A DNA stretch of 64,000 nt, taken from Harriotta raleighana. Taxonomy: Eukaryota. The stretch covers positions 4,681,600 through 4,745,599 of the forward strand of contig JBNZDD010013714.1 in assembly GCA_050575255.1 (NCBI GenBank), written 5' to 3'. Below the pieces are notes generated by a model. The model was not told the DNA's origin and searched no databases. It saw only the letters and a program-made list of their open reading frames with translations. The translations under genes were made by a program, and so were the position numbers. This document shows positions 53,146 to 64,000 of the stretch, in pieces. Position 1 is the stretch's first letter. Every line of letters starts with the position of its first letter.

Positions 53146-53808
53146 TTCATTTGCCAGGCTTAGCTACTATCTCACTCACCAGGCTACTGAAACCCTCATT
53201 CATGCCTTTATCACCTCCAGGCTCGACTACAAGAACTCTCTCCTCGTCGGCCTTCCCAACTCCTCCCTTCACAGGCTGCAGATCATTCAGAATTCTGCAG
53301 CTTGTGTACTCTCCCGCACCAGGCTTCGTGACCACATCACTCCCACCCTCGCCCGTCTCCACTGGCTCCCCATCCCCCAGAGGATTGAATTCAAGATCCT
53401 CGTCCTTACCTTCAAGGCCACTCACGGCCTTGCCCCCACCTATCTCACTGACCTGCTGTCTCCCTATCAGCCCGCCTGCACCCTCCATTCAGCAGACTCA
53501 GGCCTGCTCCACGTCCACCGACTTAACCACCCAACCATCGGTGGCCGGGCTTTCAGCCTCTCTGCCCCCACACTTTGGAACTTCATCCCGCAGTCCCTCC
53601 GCCTTGCTTCCTCCCTTTTCTCTTTCAAGGCCGGTCTCAAGAGCTTCCTCTTCGACCGTGCCTTCGGCTTCCCCCCTGACTCCCCCTCCTTCCCCCTCCC
53701 CCTCCCCCTGACCCTCCCCCCCTGCTTGGATCCCGACCTGACTGTTCAGCGCTTTGGGACATCCTCCTGACATGAAAGACACTGTACAAGTGTCAATTTG
53801 TTGTTGTT
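53146..53808 (+). mobile_element. Relatively young 5'-truncated L2 LINE
   Basis: Uninterrupted frame of about 175 codons, ETLIHAFITSRLDYKNSLLVGLP...LQIIQNSAA...HITPTLARLHWLPIPQRIEFK...GGRAFSLSAPTLWN...FKAGLKSFLF, then a C-rich 3' UTR and (ttg)n tail. Confidence 0.96.
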
Positions 53809-55244
53809 TTTTAGTTTATGATAGTGAATGTGAATTTGATTATGGCATTTAAAAATTTGGTTTCAATCCAGTAAGAAGGAAAGAAACACAGACTTAATAT
53901 TTTTAATTTAGCTAGAACTGTGACAGGGGTGTTACAATTGAACTGAGAATTCTAAGGAAGTCAAGGGATTGACATGGTTTCTGTTCTTAAATGTTACCCA
54001 GTTACCCCTGCTGAAAAATATAGATAGGATTCATCATATTAGGCACTGGAAGTTAAGTTGGTATTTTTTGGCCAACCCCATTATTGTTCTTATTCTTAAA
54101 TACTGATACTTGTTCCTTTTAAAGCCAACATTAAAAGAAGCTTTGAGCCAGCATTATGTGTTCATTAAGTTTCTACAACAACTCGCGCATGTATGCAATA
54201 GTGCCATTCACACAGAAGAGCTGATATTCAAGCATTGATGTGATTCCACCCAGTGATTCAGTGAAATGGCTTCTCATATACCCAGAGAAGTTTGGAGACC
54301 AATGTGTTTTGCGGAAGAACAAATTAAATGTGACCTGTATCCAGCCTGTGCTATACCTAGCCTGGGACTCACTTGGTGCTGAAACTAAGTAAACTTTTCT
54401 ATTTTGCAGCATGGATATTCCTCTCCTAAATGAACACAAGCTGAGGGTTTCATGACTAGTACAGGTTAAGAAAAACATGCACTGCATTCCTATCGCATTA
54501 CTCCTTAAACCCTTCTGAAGTGAACTCTGTACCCAACACCTAACTACCCAACACATGTCCAATGCATCAATTGCACATGTTCTCCACTTATCAATAACCA
54601 CTTTATCCTGGGGAGAGGGATGCAGAGGTTAGGATCAAATATTTACTAGGCTATGAACGTTTTTGAGCTGCTTGGAAGTGCACCTTGTGTGGCAGGGATC
54701 TGTTATGTCTTTTAAACTGTAAAAAAACCTCTGGTATGATTTCCATCAATAGAACCATTGAGTGCTGTGGCTTTCTGCAGGGTTCCCACAGCATTACCAA
54801 ATTCTTATTTATGAACAAGAGAATTCAAGCTTGTTTCATATTTGTAACCACACTGTCATTACCACTGATACTATATCAACTATGATAATTACCACTGTGA
54901 CTAAAAGTTAAATAGACCAGACATTTGTCTAGTCTAAGGGGAAGAATGCCAAGTTGGCTTGGGTCTCTTGCTGAAATTAGGTTCACTTTATTCAGCTTGG
55001 CTTGATTTGGCTGACTTTCATGTTAAATGTGAAAGAATTTGTGTGGTTTGGACAGAATGTGTTTGGTGCTGAAGCAGATAAAAGGCCAATGCATACGTTT
55101 CCTCAGATTGCAAAAACACAAAAATTATTTACACCAGTTGCTACAAAAACAGAGACAACTGTTGAAAAGTTAAGGATGTTGCCATGATCATGTTAGATCA
55201 GGAGTGCAATCGAACCCCCCAAAAAGGAGCAACAAACCAAACAG

Positions 55245-55600
55245 AAAGAAGTTAGAAGGAGGTTAGAATAAATTTTTTCACTCAGAGTTGTTCGAATTTG
55301 GAATGATNAAAGGAGCAACAAACCAAACAGAAAGAAGTTAGAAGGAGGTTAGAAGAAATTTCTTCACTCAGAGTTGTTCGAATTTGGAATGATCTGCCTG
55401 AAAGGGTAGTGAGGTCCGATTCGAAAGCAGCTTTTAAAAGAGAACTGGATAGGTATCTGGGGAAGACGGGCTTGCAGGGTTATGGGGAGAAAGCTGGTGA
55501 TTGGGGTTAATAAAAGTGACATTGCTCTGTCAAAGAGCTGGGACAGACTCGATGGGCCGAATGGCCTCCTTCTGTGCCGTAACCTTCTATGATTCTATGA
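55245..55600 (+). mobile_element. CR1 LINE 3' end
   Basis: VRRNFFTQ..WNDLPERVV..FKRELDRYL coding remnant, gatgggccgaatggcctccttctgtgc and a ttctatgattctatga tail; the first part is duplicated around the N at 55308. Confidence 0.93.
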
Positions 55601-56783
55601 TAAGTAGGTTACTTTGGCTACAGGATTAATGTGACAGTGTGTTTGAGTTTCCTTTTTGTCATTGCTGTCCCCTCCTGTAACAGTTCCCATGAGCAAAACC
55701 CTTACCTCTGCAATCTCAGAACCTGCACATATGCTTGTCAGCATTGCAGCATGCCTGCCTGAGGGGGTTAAACAATTACTCTAAGACAATTATTCCATGT
55801 ACTGAATTTTTCATGGACATGTGTCATATTATCTTTGAAAAGTGGGCATCACCACATAGATCAGAAGTTTACAGACTTCCAAAATCTAACTTTATTCATC
55901 AAAAAATTTGCAACAACAAAAGAAGAAATAGGCATCAGAATCCAGGGGAATGTTAATATGGTTCGCAGGTAATGCATTCATTTAAACGGTACCAATACTG
56001 ATATCCATTGGTCATTTATACAGATTTACATATAAAATATTGTACATTTTACAGACGTCAAGTTGAAGAATATTATTGCTGGGGAGTTCAGTGGAATTAG
56101 ATTAATGATACTTCTGTTCTGTCATATTCATGTGTTTGCATATGTAATCAAGACCTTTGAGCATGTTAACATGCAGCCACTCTGGATGATCTGAAGTAAT
56201 TCATATGCTGTGTTTACACTGCTGGAAGTAAAGCAATGCATCCTACTTTACATCACATCAGGACTATTAAAAATCCAGCATCCAATTTTGACATTCAGAA
56301 CTATGAAATTGGGCACTAGTTTTTATTTATTCTTTATCAAAGAGTCAGTCATGCAATCTACTTTGCGATTACATTAGAAATGGTCCCTGAAAGCTCTTAT
56401 GCATCCGATGGACCATCTGGTAGTTTTCAAGGGAACAGTGGGACAGCGGAGTGCAATTTAATTCATGCTTGCGTTTATTGCTGCAGCAGGACTAATAGAA
56501 CTGCTCTGTAACGACCAGCCCTGTCGGTGAGAGTAACTGGGGCCCAGAGAAACTCAGTATCCCCATTTATACTACGGATTTTTCAGCAAATCACCACTGA
56601 AATTGCATCAATATGCCATGACAGTGAAGTTTAAATGTAGCTTTGGTTAACAGACTTTCAAGCAGAAATATACAAGCAACAGCAAAAAACAAACATCAAA
56701 CTTGAAGGTAGCTCCAGCCCAGTTGATGGTCACAATTAGTAATTTAAATTTTCTGAAATGCTGTCCCATGTGACGGGCAATGT

Positions 56784-57053
56784 ATAATAATAATCTTTGC
56801 ATTTGATATAGCACTTTTCATGTCTTCTAGATATCTCAAAGCACTTCACAGAATATAGTGTAAAGTGAATTGACTGTATATTTGTCGGCAAAACACGACA
56901 GCTAAGTGCACACATCAGTGTCACCCAAACAGTGGATTGAAATTACTAATTTAATATTTTTTTTCTCTGAGGGATTATTATCAGGCAAGTGGAGTAAGGA
57001 AACTTACCCAAGGTTTTGTCCTGCCTGGAATTGAACCCAGGTTTTTCACTTGC
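56784..57053 (-). mobile_element. Near full-length tRNA-derived SINE
   Basis: Same family as 37362-37678, from the tail to ggaattgaacccagg. Confidence 0.88.
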
Positions 57054-59529
57054 AAATTGTTGTAATATAGCTGCGATAATTGTAGCAATATAACTAATTT
57101 CTCAGATCTGGATTTACAATACAGTATATCCCAAACAGAGATAGGTTTGAACAAAGGTTAGTAAGGTTTCAGATGTGGAACCATTGATTTATCTGCCTGG
57201 GTAAACACTTAATAATAATCTGTGCCAACTCATTAAATCAATAAGGTTATGCAGGCTAGATTTAAAATTATTTTATAGGGTACCATTAGAGTAAGCCTAG
57301 TAACGAACCACGATTCCTGTCATAACACAAAACCTCTGCTATGTGTGCTCCAGTAACCTTGAACTGTAAAATGGACTGAAGCCAAATAAAACCAGCAATT
57401 AAATGAATTCTCAAGGACACATTACATACAATAAAGAAAGTGTTCTTTTCCACTAAATTCTGGACACTTGTCAATGTCTCTCTTTTTCACCCCTATTTCT
57501 AGGTGTGTGAAGGGCGCTATATATAAATGCAAGTGATTAGGCTCCAAAATAATAGCATCATGCTTCCGGACCTATTGGTAATTGTTTAGTTATCTCAATT
57601 AGTACAACAATATGTTGGGTTTAAAATTAAAGAATCGAAGGTTCATATGCAATAAACTATATTAAATTACTATAGAAATCAACTCTTCCCCTTCCCTGCC
57701 AATGGCCCACAGCACTCAGGATACTGGATGGTTCATTAAGGTTTCAATGCTTTGAAAATGTTCTATTGATCCGGTGATTACTTACTTCACATTGGATTCT
57801 TATTATTCTCAGGAAAAACAACATGAAGGAACAATTGTCGTGTTTACATATGCAAAGATGACCTCCAAGTGAGATACGGGCATGGTTCCCAATGACAAAT
57901 ATTGCATGAAAGCCTCCTTTTAATCACTGCATGCCTGACCAAGCTGGGTCCTGGTCCCACTAATTTGAGCCCTGCGTTGGAAACAGTGTGATAATTAAGC
58001 ATAACAAGTTTAGCCTGGACACCAGCAAATAGAATAAGCAGCCTTTCATTTAGGTCTGAAACTGGGATCAATTCCAAACTTAGCACTGCTTGGGCAAATT
58101 ATGCTAGAGCTAGCAAAATATGTTTTTAAATGAGGTCCAGCATGAGATTGTGATCGCTGGCTTGCATATCCTGGTACACATCTCCAAACTTAAACCACCA
58201 TATAGCATGCTTCTGCATTTTGTTGTTTTATTTGGATTTTTATTTACAACATTTTACAACCAGACTTTCAACTGAAGAAAGAGAAAATGCAGATAGAGAG
58301 AGAGATGATGACTTTTATAAATATTATTCATACAGGCAATTCTCCAGCCAGTTTCAGAACTTATCTTCCACATGTGGAGTAGTTCTGAGTTACTTAGAGC
58401 GGAAGGAAATGGATTAGTTAGTCTTTGGTTTCTCAAGGCCTGCTCTCTTGGATAATGAAGGAAGTCTGTTAAGCCTATCACTGGTGTGATTGTTATAGCC
58501 ACTAGAATCTGCAATATCAGCGTCACTCTCAATGGCAAAAGTAGCATTGCAAGACACGAATGGACAATTCTACTGAGCGACTGCTTCGGATGTTTTAAGA
58601 GGTTCATTGGGATAATCATTGGCCACAATTGTTTTTGAAACAGCATTTTCAGGTTCATTTATATTAGAATACAATTTTCGACTTAACTATTTGCCAGTGA
58701 TTGTGGTGGGGGCCAGGCATTTGTCATTGAATAGTAGCATATGGAAAAAAGATGTTTGCCATTCTTCGTACTGTGTTCAACTAGGCTGACAAAATTGCTC
58801 GATTTTGCACATTTGACTATTGTTTTTGCTGTTGTTGTTGGTAACAGGAATCTACTGCCTCCCCAATCACTTCATTATTCCCCACCAGAAATGCTACCTG
58901 CAGTGATGTAATAGGATTATTCTTCAAGAGGTCAACTTTGGTACTTTGAACAGCCACTGAGCCTATCCAGGTGGTTGTTGATCCCACAGCATTACAAGGC
59001 AGCTTGAAATAGGAATGGACTTTTATTTTAAATGCTGCTCCTGTACAAAATCAATAATTCCACTACCATTTTTGGTGCTGTAAATGGATTCTACAGAGCC
59101 TACATTAATTGACAGTTCTGTACTTGCAAACAACCTCAAGAGCACAGTTTAACAAGCACCACTTCCCAGTGTATGATTGGGAGGTGTTGTCTTATTAGTT
59201 TTGGCATGCGGTGAAGAAATGACATTCGAGCATTGCTTGAGACTAATTCTGAATGTGTAACCATTGCTTTTCATATTGAAACAATCTGAATGATATTCCT
59301 TTTCCGAAAGTGGCCTGGACAGCAATCACTGCTGAAGGTTAACTTCTGTCAAACTACATTTTCAGTTGAGGTGCTGGAAGTGTGTAAGTTGTCAAATGGT
59401 ATTGTTCATCTGTATCTCAGTTGTGATATTTTGTACTGCAGTTTACCTTTCCACCTGTTAACTGTCTTCTCTGTCCTTTAAACTTCCTGATGTATTTTTA
59501 TTTTTATATAGAAAGAAAATCGGTGACTC

Positions 59530-59690
59530 AATTCATGTCTGCTTGTAGAACATTGCTGTTTTCCCAAATTGGCTGCCATGTTTGCCTACAAAATGCACAG
59601 TCACTACACTTCACAGTAAATCCGTTGAATCATTTTGAGATATCTTCATGACTCCAGAGGTATATCAAATCAAGCATTATTATTATTATT
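59530..59690 (+). mobile_element. SINE 3' half
   Basis: aaattggctgccatgtttgcctacaaaa...cagtcactacacttcac...attattattattatt. Confidence 0.75.
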
Positions 59691-60029
59691 TAGGCTTGCA
59701 TACGATAGGATTAAGTTGATATCAATCCGATCTTTTCCACTGTTGCTTTCCAATTCTGACACAAGAGCTTAAATCACAGTAGTAATGTAAAATCGTGTTG
59801 TAAATTCAACTACAGTATTTGAACTATCACCACTGAAGATCTAGTGGGTGAAAAGTAATGTGCATTGTTTTCCCTTTCTGCAATTAGAACTGCTTTTGTC
59901 TGGAAAACACACAAGAATCTCTCATCTTTCAGTCTGAGAAGAAATGTAGTTCACATTTAATTTAAAATATTCTATACAGATCACTGTAAAGACTTTATAA
60001 ACACACGCTGATGATGCTTATTTTCGCAA

Positions 60030-60212
60030 GATTGGTTAGAATAAAGAAGGCCCTCTATCTCATCTACCCATCCTCCCATCATACCATCAAGCTGCTTTTT
60101 AAAATGAATCCAGTATCCTAGACTCATTGAACCATTCTGGCAACTTGTTCTAGTCATTAATTGAGTAAAGAAAATCTTCCTTTGCAACTCTTGTTCTAAT
60201 GTCTTGCTCAAG
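60030..60212 (-). mobile_element. CR1 LINE 3' remnant
   Basis: The minus-strand ORF RKIFFTQ...FKKQLD matches the CR1 ORF2 C-terminus. Confidence 0.7.
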
Positions 60213-60379
60213 AAATGCTGGAAAACCCACTCAAAAGGAGGAAGAAAATGGGTAAGCGATTCTACTGTTGCTCTTCATCAGAACAGAGATGTTTCTTAAA
60301 GGGCTTGTGCGCAGGAGAGTATCAGAGTAAAATGCAAAACACCCTTTTCTCTATCCTTTTTCTCTGCTTTATATGAACT

Positions 60380-61362
60380 CTTTCAGCAGATCTCCCATAA
60401 TCCCACTCTGCTGTCTTTGAGTCCTCTGAACTCCTCTCCCTTTAGTCCACCTCCCACACTGACCCACCCTCTGCATTTACTCTCCTCCACAATACCCTCT
60501 CCACTACACTCGACTCCCTTGCCCATCTCACTTCCCGAACCATAGTTTATTCTCGAACCTTACCCTGGTTCACCAGCCACCTCCGCTCGTTCAAGGGTCA
60601 GGTGCGGGTCGCCGAACACACTTGGTCCACCTGATTGGCTCGCATCAGAGCCTCCTCACATTAGGCCCTGGCAGCATCAGCATCCACAGCTGCACACTCC
60701 ACCTCACGAAGCCAGTCAGGAACCTGAGTGTCTTGTTTGTACCCGAACTGTCCTTTCTCCCCCATATCCATTCCATGACCAGCACTACCTTCCACAACCT
60801 CCTCCACTTGCTCACCCCTCAGGCTGCTGAAACTCTCACCCATGCATTCGTCACATCAAGGCTTGACTATGGAAATTCCCTCCTCGTCGGCCATCCCAGC
60901 TCTTCCTTTCACAAACAGCAGATCATTCCAAAATTCTGCAGCTTGTGTCCTCTCCCTCACCAAGCTTTGTGACCCCATTACTCACAACCACGACCTTTCC
61001 CCTTTCTACCTCTCTGACCTGCTGACTCCCTATCAACCTGCCTGCCCCTCCTTTCAGCAGACTCTGGTCTGCTCCACGTCTCACGCCCAATCCACCCTAT
61101 CATCGGTGGCCGGGCTTTCAGCCTCTCTGCCCCCACACTCTTGAACTCCATCCCACAGTCCCTTCGCCTTGCTTCCTCCCTTGCTGCCTTCAAGGCCAGT
61201 CTCAAGACCCTCCTTTGCGATCATGCCTGCTGCCACCCACCCACCTCTTTCCCTCATTTCCTTTCTACCCTGCCTCTCCCCCATGCTCAGGTCCTGACCT
61301 CTTACTGTTCAGCGTCTCCTGACATGAAAGGCCCTCTATAAAAGTAATTTTGTTGCTGTTGT
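60380..61362 (+). mobile_element. L2 LINE with large internal deletion
   Basis: Linker-region peptide (LDSLAHL...PWFTSHLRSFK...W) fused near 60630 to the RT C-terminus (AAETLTHAFVTSRLDYGNSLLVG; GGRAFS; AFKASLKTLL) and an L2 tail. Confidence 0.92.
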
Positions 61363-61764
61363 GTAGATAAGTCCTGTTCACTGAACAGTTACAAGGATTA
61401 TTGTCTTTATTGTGACATTTTGTTTTATAATTAAAGCAAATGTACTCATTTTACTGAGTGTATTATTGTCATTTGCAAGATCACGGAATTTATCTCCCTG
61501 GTCTACGAGTTTCCTGAGATCTTTTTTGTCCAAAGAGGCTTGATTTTTACTCTGAGTACTGTACATGTCATTTGCTTAAGGGCTCAATTAATTTCCATAC
61601 AGGAATGCTTCTCCTACATTCCCAAATAAATAATGAGTGGATAGGAAACTAAATGGCAGAGTAGTTCATAAATTATACTGTCATCTCCCAATTTAATGAT
61701 TTGTAAAATAACTGGAACAATAACAGGTGTAGAGCAATAAAATCTCAAAGTGTTTTAATAGCTG

Positions 61765-61902
61765 AGTGGGTGCAGAATTGGACCTCACAGATAGAAGTCT
61801 GCAGGCTGAAATCAGTTTGTACTGATGTCAACCAGGACATCAGATGGAGGAGCTAAGATTTGTCTCAGTGCCTGAGTAAGGGAGAGGAAAATCAGCCAGG
61901 AT
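61765..61902 (+). mobile_element. LF-SINE-like fragment
   Basis: ctcagtgcctgagtaagggagaggaaaatcagccagg resembles the recalled LF-SINE core. Confidence 0.5.
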
Positions 61903-61919
61903 ATAATCTACCAATTAAT

Positions 61920-62135
61920 TGACACTGGGTCACAGAGTATAATGAAGGTTAATGAAGTCAAGAAGAGGTAGGCAGACAATTATTAGAATAACGAGGGATG
62001 TGCTTTACGGTTGTCACAAAACACATGGAATGTGGCACTCTGTAATTTAGCAGTTTCTAGACATTTTTGATGGTTTGCATTGACAGCAATATCAAGTCGG
62101 TAAGGCAGGGGAGATGCAAGGGATGGGAGACCACA
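61920..62135 (+). mobile_element. Old CR1 3' fragment
   Basis: Decayed gggtcacag (GH), catggaat (WN) and ctagacattttt (LD.F) motifs in CR1 order. Confidence 0.45.
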
Positions 62136-63439
62136 ATATGGTGCAGGTGGGATCCCAACATTTAACTCAGCAACCTTTTATTTGGCTTTAGATACTGTTG
62201 TTGTTGCACTTTGGTAGAAATGTATTTTTTTCTTCTAAATATTACATCCCACCCTCACCTCTAACTATTGCCGGGTGAATTTCAATCCATTTTGGATTTT
62301 GGATCCATTTTGTGAAACACGTCACCCCCTCTCCCCACCTCCCAAACACAGATGTGTGCTCACCACTAACACCAGTAGAAAAATTCTAATGTATTTCACC
62401 CATCTTGTTGTGGATGATATCATGTAAATCAAGATATAATCTGTGTTTTGTCTCAAGAAACATTGGCTTGTGTCTAAATCAATATAAAACTGCCTGAATA
62501 TAACAGATTCTCTGTGATCCTGTGCAACCAGGCTGTTCCCATGTCAGATGATTGCAATTTTTATTGATGAGCAAGTTACAAAATCATAAGCAAGTTTTTT
62601 TAATAGAACTAGATTGTTGAATATTGTTAATCTCAGCAAAAGTGCGGAACATATTGAATCATATAAAGAAGGATTTCTGAGGGAAAGTATAATAAAGAGA
62701 CACTTGACTGTATTAGTTTCTGAGATGCCACCCACCGTGGAGGGCACTATATAAATGCAAATTGTCGTTGTTGTTATTCAAATACTTTCATTTACTTTAG
62801 TGGTAATCTTGAAAATTTGATGTCATCTGCACTGATTTGCTGTGCAATGAATACAATGAATACAATGAATATAATGAATACAGAATACAGAAATATGCAA
62901 ATATTAAAGTCATATTTTGAAAGAATAAAGAGCACTTATTATCCTTATTACCTTCAATGCATGTAGTGGAACCTATATAAAATATAATAATCCTTGCATT
63001 TAATATAGTGCCTTTCATATAGTGCCTTGTATCATGTGCTTCACCTAGAATAATGTCTATTGAGCCACTATACNTGGGAGGTGAGCCTTGTATCATGTGC
63101 TTCACCTAGAATAATGTCTATTGAGCCACTATACATAATTTTATTATTTTACTTTATGTTTGCTTGTTTTTCTTCCTGGTTAATTGGGTTTACAGAAATG
63201 CTGAAAGAAATCTCTTTGAGGGGTGACAAATTTTGAGGAGCCCACAAATTGAGTACAGCAGGATGTTTAATCATAGTGGTGAAACCTTTATGTTTCAGCT
63301 ACAACAACGCTAGAAGAGGCAGATATAACACTAAACATTACGGAAACTTGTTGGAAACAACAAAAGCTAATATTGCCAACAGGTGCAGCCACTTTAATAT
63401 TGAATGGGTTAATCTCAGCACTAAATATGATCTTATGTC

Positions 63440-63780
63440 ATTGATTTTAATGTTCCATGGCAATGCTGGGGCAGCACTCCGTTTTGGAAGTGATGTTCTT
63501 CAGATGCGATGTTAAATCGAGGTCCTGTCTGCCTATCCAAGTAGACGCTAAGAGTCCAATGGCACAATTTGAAAAGAGAAGGGAGTTTCTTGCAGTTTTG
63601 ATCAACAGTTTTGATCAACAACCCCGCAAATAAAATTGGTTATTCACTTCAAGGCTGTTTGTAGGATATTGCTGTGTGCAACTTGCGTTTCACATTCACC
63701 TACCAAATACTCAGGCATTACAATTTACAGTAGATCCTATGAAGCACTTTGAGACATACTCCTGACGTGAAATGCACAGA
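63440..63780 (+). mobile_element. Deu-domain SINE (similar to dogfish SacSINE1)
   Basis: ttcagatgcgatgttaaatcgaggtcctgtctgcc...atggcacaatttgaaaagagaagggagtt core and L2-type tail gaagcactttgagacat...ctgacgtgaaa. Confidence 0.85.
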
Positions 63781-64000
63781 TTATTTTTAAAATCAGGCTG
63801 TGTGGACTTGGATATGTTGGATTTTGATACACCAGCATGTCTTCTCTCTAACATTCTGTTAGCAATTAGCACCTTAATCATTGATAGTTATGCACAATTT
63901 TTTGTGCTTGTTCAGGTGAAGAATAAATTTGCACTAATGAAAGACATAAAATTCTGCTCTTTACTCTGTTTCTAAGCATTCACTGGGCAGGAATGGCATC

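Noticed and set aside
53046-53711. 221-aa Ser/Pro-rich ORF, the longest in the track
   Set aside because: It is an alternative frame of the L2 reverse-transcriptase C-terminus.
54173-54601. 142-aa ORF
   Set aside because: Non-ATG start and no recognisable domain or splice context.
55223-55393. About 85-bp direct repeat at the CR1 5' edge
   Set aside because: It straddles a single N at 55308; same artefact pattern.
56515-56535. ctgtcggtgag, resembling the 3' part of miR-181a
   Set aside because: The seed sequence is absent and no precursor hairpin is visible.
63024-63134. About 50-bp direct repeat
   Set aside because: It straddles a single N at 63074; same artefact pattern.

Overview
This is AT-rich eukaryotic DNA with no intact protein-coding gene, rRNA, functional tRNA or CRISPR array that I can support. 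The repeat content (tRNA-headed SINEs with L2-type tails, Deu-domain SINEs, L2 and CR1 LINEs, LF-SINE-like fossils) points to a cartilaginous fish, most likely a chimaera such as Callorhinchus; this is inferred from recalled repeat families, not from a search. Most of the window is intronic or intergenic sequence with SINE/LINE fragments, fossil Harbinger and hAT transposases, a young Tigger/pogo-type MITE, several blocks that look like conserved non-coding elements, and assembly duplications next to N gaps. The most interesting signal is missing from the ORF track: a chain of minus-strand GT-AG exons at about 31.8-34.5 kb whose splice phases join. They encode a stop-riddled protein with a PARP/ADP-ribosyltransferase catalytic-domain-like segment (EY...F...KRIEN..L...G..HNILSFAHHGS), i.e. 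a candidate decayed, intron-containing PARP-like gene. All family assignments come from motif recognition by eye and need database confirmation.
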